Both the position numbers and the translations under genes were made by a program. A stretch of DNA of 63,692 nucleotides, filler included, from Licmophora abbreviata (lineage: Eukaryota): the NCBI GenBank assembly GCA_900291995.1. It is 9 parts of 9 records of this genome, joined end to end, with 100 filler letters (N's around TTAATTAATTAA, not from the genome) between each part and the next. Parts side by side here need not be neighbours in the genome. Positions count along the whole stretch, not along the records: positions 56,579 to 61,224 come from OLMU01003971.1; positions 61,325 to 62,473 come from OLMU01003972.1; positions 62,574 to 63,692 come from OLMU01003998.1; 6 more parts are not named here. The stretch is one strand, 5' to 3'. This document shows, in pieces, positions 60,056-63,692 of the stretch; the first letter of the stretch is position 1, and each line of letters opens with the position of its first letter. The notes under the pieces were generated by a model. The model searched no databases and was not told the DNA's origin. It saw nothing but the letters and a program-made list of their open reading frames with translations.

Positions 60056-60976
60056 CTACTCCACAACCATGAAACTCAAGAGAGCAGCGGGGTTGTTGCG
60101 GAGAAGCTCGAACAGAGTCTCGAGCGAAGAAACTTCTGCTGTAGATGGTGCAGCACAGGCAAGTGCCGCCATCTCGAACGCACAGTGGCAGCCAGTTAAG
60201 AGCACATCGGGAGCAGCCTCAAACAAGTCACGGAGACCTGTAGACCACTGCCAGTGTCCTGAACGACATGCGACATGAAGTGGATACTCTTCTTGGCTAC
60301 CACAGGGAACGCTCGCCGCATGCGGGTACGCTGCGAGCATCGGCAGAAGCATACAATGACCGTTCTCGCATGCCATTGCCAGTGGAAGGCAACGGTGGAC
60401 GGGATCTTGCTGCTGAAGCTGTTGGGCGTGCGTTATCAAGATCATATCGAGAATCGCGGAAGGAACCAAGTGTTGATCAAGAGACGAAAGACCGACGGTG
60501 GCGTGAAGGACAAACTGATGCGGCGATTCCTGAAAGAAATGGTTGACCATGTCGTTCTGTTGATAGTAAGTAACCTTGATCAGGCGACATAGTACATCCA
60601 TGTATACCGGAACAAACAACGCTGTCGTGTTCGAAGTAGCTTCATACTGGAGATCTCGAAAGAGACGACATCCAGTGGCAAGATGCATCGTCCAATCAAC
60701 CGCGTTGTGGTCGGTGTCTTCGTGAAAGAGAGTACGTGCGAGGATTTTGTCGTCGCCGCGACGGGGGGCAGCCAGAAGAATCTGCATCTCGGGAGTCTTA
60801 CAAAAGTCATTCCACAGGTCCACCGTCTGATCAACAAAGCCAACGTTTCCAGATTGAGGACGAGAGTAGTCGCCGTTGCCACGACGACGAGACGATGATG
60901 AACCCCGGGGCGTGCGGATCGGAGACACGACGTTTCGCAAGGCGCGCCTGACCCACCTGGGTGGCGAGTCAAACAT
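60056..60976 (-). CDS. Hypothetical protein with degenerate ankyrin-like repeats
   Basis: LPLAMAC, YPHAAS, YPLHVAC and LFELLRNNP motifs typical of diatom ankyrin-like proteins. Confidence 0.7.
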   Translation of the reverse strand: MFDSPPRWVRRALRNVVSPIRTPRGSSSSRRRGNGDYSRPQSGNVGFVDQTVDLWNDFCKTPEMQILLAAPRRGDDKILARTLFHEDTDHNAVDWTMHLATGCRLFRDLQYEATSNTTALFVPVYMDVLCRLIKVTYYQQNDMVNHFFQESPHQFVLHATVGLSSLDQHLVPSAILDMILITHAQQLQQQDPVHRCLPLAMACENGHCMLLPMLAAYPHAASVPCGSQEEYPLHVACRSGHWQWSTGLRDLFEAAPDVLLTGCHCAFEMAALACAAPSTAEVSSLETLFELLRNNPAALLSFMVVE

Positions 60977-61224
60977 GATGATGAAAGGCGATAGCGTATA
61001 TATGATAAGGAAAGGATACACAGACTCGAAGAACTTCGCAACCAAGAAATGACAGAAGCCGGCAGGATAGCTTTTGCCGTCCGGCGCCGTCAATCGAAAA
61101 CCGTCAAGATCAGGAAGAGCAACGATGCTGCGATAGAAAAATCAACTGCTTTCTCTTGAAGCATCTCGACGATGGCTAGAGGTCCCATTCGCCACAATCC
61201 ACTGGCGCGGGTAGTCCTCGCGTG

Positions 61225-61324
61225 NNNNNNNNNNNNNNNNNNNNNNNNNNNNNNNNNNNNNNNNNNNNTTAATTAATTAANNNNNNNNNNNNNNNNNNNN
61301 NNNNNNNNNNNNNNNNNNNNNNNN
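61225..61324. other. Artificial contig spacer
   Basis: 44 N + TTAATTAATTAA + 44 N. Confidence 0.97.
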
Positions 61325-61543
61325 AATTTTCAGAACGAGAACGACGGATTCGCGACCGCCATGGTCGCGATGATCGAGAGCTCCTCCAAAAAGCGCGCCA
61401 AAACTCAAACTCAAAGGGGCGCGCGACGCGCAACATCGACTGATTCATTCGATTTATTCCAAGGTTTCGAGGTTATCCCCAGCGCTATCATGGCTTCTGG
61501 GGCCGTCAAGTAACAAAGAGAGAATGATTGAGAAAGAGCAATC

Positions 61544-62473
61544 TCATTCTTCACGTCTTGGCTCGATCTTAACCCACTTCTTCTTGTGATCGTTCAGTTT
61601 CCTTCCCACTGCAGATACTTCTTGCATATTTCCGTCGCCGTCAGTAAACGACCGCTTCTGTCCGGAGAAGGAATGCCACTTCTCGACCATCAAGTCAAGG
61701 GGACTCATGATTGTAGTGTATAATGAGATGTCTTGTTCGATTCTGGAAATGACCCAAGCAATACACTCAGCGGTTGACATATGATTGGGACTGGGAGGAG
61801 TTCGAATATCGAAGCGGCGAGGCTGAAACCGTGTTTCGTGTGCACTGGGATGGCTGTCATCTGTGTCGCCGCTACCGATGCCATCGCTGACTACCCAATC
61901 TTCCGGTCTTAATGTCACTGAGATAGTGTGATCGGGATATTGGGCTGCACTGGCATTGATGTGGTTCATCTCCCTCGCAAACTTCCATGTTGCGTCCAAG
62001 AGAATCACCACAATTTTTGAAGTATCGGGTACGTTCGCCCCTGTCGTCTTCATTCGGTCATATCGCCTGGCTTGAATCTGTGCGAGGGCTTCAGTCAGGC
62101 TGACAGCGTCATCATTTGGATACACCAAGATGACATACCGATGAGGGTCACTCAACATGTCTTGAACCATCGGATCTACTTCAGATCCAAACCTCCGCGC
62201 CACCACAGTTCGCAAGTCGCAATCGGCCGTGCTGGTACTATGACGACCGCTGACACTTCTATGCGTCTTCTGTAAACACATTTCCACAAGAGGAAGACTG
62301 CGATTTTTCCGTTTGGCTTCATGTGGATGCTGTAGCACGACGAGCGTTGACTTTTGCAACGAAATGAGACGGTCAGGATCTGGCAGCGCTGCGCAAATAC
62401 ATGCACGGAGCTTTGGTCGACCACACCGAGAACATATTTCGCGCTTTTTTCCCCAGACGATTCTGCCGATACT
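61544..62473 (-). CDS. DTW-domain tRNA-uridine aminocarboxypropyltransferase (DTWD2/TapT-like); start lost in spacer
   Basis: CSRCGRP...CIC, LQHPHE, LDATW, IRTPP...MSTAEC. Confidence 0.88.
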   Translation of the reverse strand, partial: SIGRIVWGKKREICSRCGRPKLRACICAALPDPDRLISLQKSTLVVLQHPHEAKRKNRSLPLVEMCLQKTHRSVSGRHSTSTADCDLRTVVARRFGSEVDPMVQDMLSDPHRYVILVYPNDDAVSLTEALAQIQARRYDRMKTTGANVPDTSKIVVILLDATWKFAREMNHINASAAQYPDHTISVTLRPEDWVVSDGIGSGDTDDSHPSAHETRFQPRRFDIRTPPSPNHMSTAECIAWVISRIEQDISLYTTIMSPLDLMVEKWHSFSGQKRSFTDGDGNMQEVSAVGRKLNDHKKKWVKIEPRREE

Positions 62474-62573
62474 NNNNNNNNNNNNNNNNNNNNNNNNNNN
62501 NNNNNNNNNNNNNNNNNTTAATTAATTAANNNNNNNNNNNNNNNNNNNNNNNNNNNNNNNNNNNNNNNNNNNN
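62474..62573. other. Artificial contig spacer
   Basis: 44 N + TTAATTAATTAA + 44 N. Confidence 0.97.
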
Positions 62574-63245
62574 GAGGCATCCAACACCACAATGGGTTCC
62601 TCTCTTAAATGCACTTGCTCCGTGTCGTCCAAATCAATTTTAAGCTGTACACCAAGCTTCTGGCGGACGGCCTTGGCGTCGACCATGCCAGGGTGCACCG
62701 TGTTGGTACTCTTGTCGACATGTCTCCAAATTGTAAGCTACAATTAATTAAAAAAAATGGCGGGGTGAGGAGGAGAAAATTCATCGTATAAAAGCTTCAG
62801 TCGACGTTCAAAAAAGGGCACGCACCACCTTGTTGCGCAGATAGTGTCGGAGCAAGTTGGCCGCCTTGACCTCTTCCGCCCCCTCCTCGTCCTCCAGCTG
62901 TCGTTCTTTCAAGAGTCTCGCTCGTTTCTCTTCCTCAGATTCCACGAGAGGATCCGTCAGCCCAAGCCGTTTAAAATTTTCGGGTGTCGCATAGAGAGCC
63001 TTCTTGAGGGGAATCAAGTAGTTGCGTGCGTAGCCTGCCTTGACATCGACCACGTCGTGTTCAAACATGGATCTGTCCGGCACATCGGACGTGAGAATCA
63101 CTCGTACAGTGTGTGCCAGTCGGAAGAGCGTAGTAGAGTGGTGAAAGGTCGACGGTGGTACTATGTTTCTAGGAGAGAATAGACTCGCTTTGCGAGCAAG
63201 AGACCATGACGACGGAACCCGCATCGTCATCGTCGTCGGCATCAT
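62574..63245 (-). CDS. MRPL9: Mitochondrial ribosomal protein bL9m, 3' end truncated; intron about 62825..62738
   Basis: VRVILTSDV...VVDVKAGYARNYLIP; Arg/Ser presequence; second exon LTIWRHVDK... Confidence 0.85.
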
Positions 63246-63454
63246 GGTTGCAGCACAGCAAACAAACAGACACACTAAAAATGTGAGGCGGCGGATGGAC
63301 GTGATAGGCCCGGGGGAAACAAAATATCACTCAGAACGTCATCGGACTTATGCTCGGGTCATTTTGGCTCAGTTCCAAAATTCAAAATTCAGCAACATTC
63401 CAATTTCGTATGTCATGTTTACTGTTGCGAGGCGTCGTCGTATAAAACATCACC

Positions 63455-63692
63455 ATGGTCTCGATTCGCTCTCAGCAACGGCGCACGACGTCGTGCTATG
63501 GAATCATGAGAGCTGGAGTGCCCTTTTTGATAGGTGCCACAGTTTTGGGATTAATCTTTGCTCCTCTTTTGGACGATTTCGACCTGCACGATCCGGCGTC
63601 GTCCTTGTCGCACCTTCACTTGGAGCAAATCCTCGTCGCATCCGCTGACGACGGAGCGGCGCAGGAAGAACCCAGAAAGGCGATATCGTCAC
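63455..63692 (+). CDS. 5' part of a probable membrane-anchored protein, running off the window
   Basis: ATG after TATAAAA...CACC; open to the window end; hydrophobic GVPFLIGATVLGLIFAPLL. Confidence 0.5.
   Translation, partial: MVSIRSQQRRTTSCYGIMRAGVPFLIGATVLGLIFAPLLDDFDLHDPASSLSHLHLEQILVASADDGAAQEEPRKAISS

Overview
Gene-dense eukaryotic nuclear DNA, almost certainly from a diatom. The evidence is short GT-AG introns (about 70-215 nt), bipartite plastid presequences with A-F/A-Y cleavage motifs, and gene families typical of diatoms. The window is a pseudo-scaffold: eight identical 100-nt spacers (44 N + TTAATTAATTAA + 44 N) join the contigs, so adjacency across them is not guaranteed. About 35 protein-coding loci can be modelled. 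Recognisable genes are plastid aroB and fabG, a PDI-like protein, PAN2, mitochondrial uL15 and bL9, L-asparaginase, TspO, an ankyrin-RBR (ANKIB1/Ariadne-like) E3 ligase, CDC5L, a patatin, GT32 and GT4 glycosyltransferases, a SnoaL-like protein, an OBG-family GTPase, phenylalanine hydroxylase, SIN3 and a DTW protein. The most interesting items are: a spliced 96-aa plastid/thylakoid microprotein missed by the ORF track; a protein made of 8 tandem PDZ-like repeats; a head-to-head bestrophin pair with a shifted intron; a duplicated pair of Cys-motif plastid proteins; a spliced DUF3804-like (picocyanobacterial NTF2-fold) gene; and four frame breaks in otherwise intact genes, probably sequencing errors. 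No rRNA, tRNA, CRISPR array or transposon was recognised, and no coherent novel multi-gene system can be demonstrated from sequence alone. All family calls are from motif recognition, not database searches.
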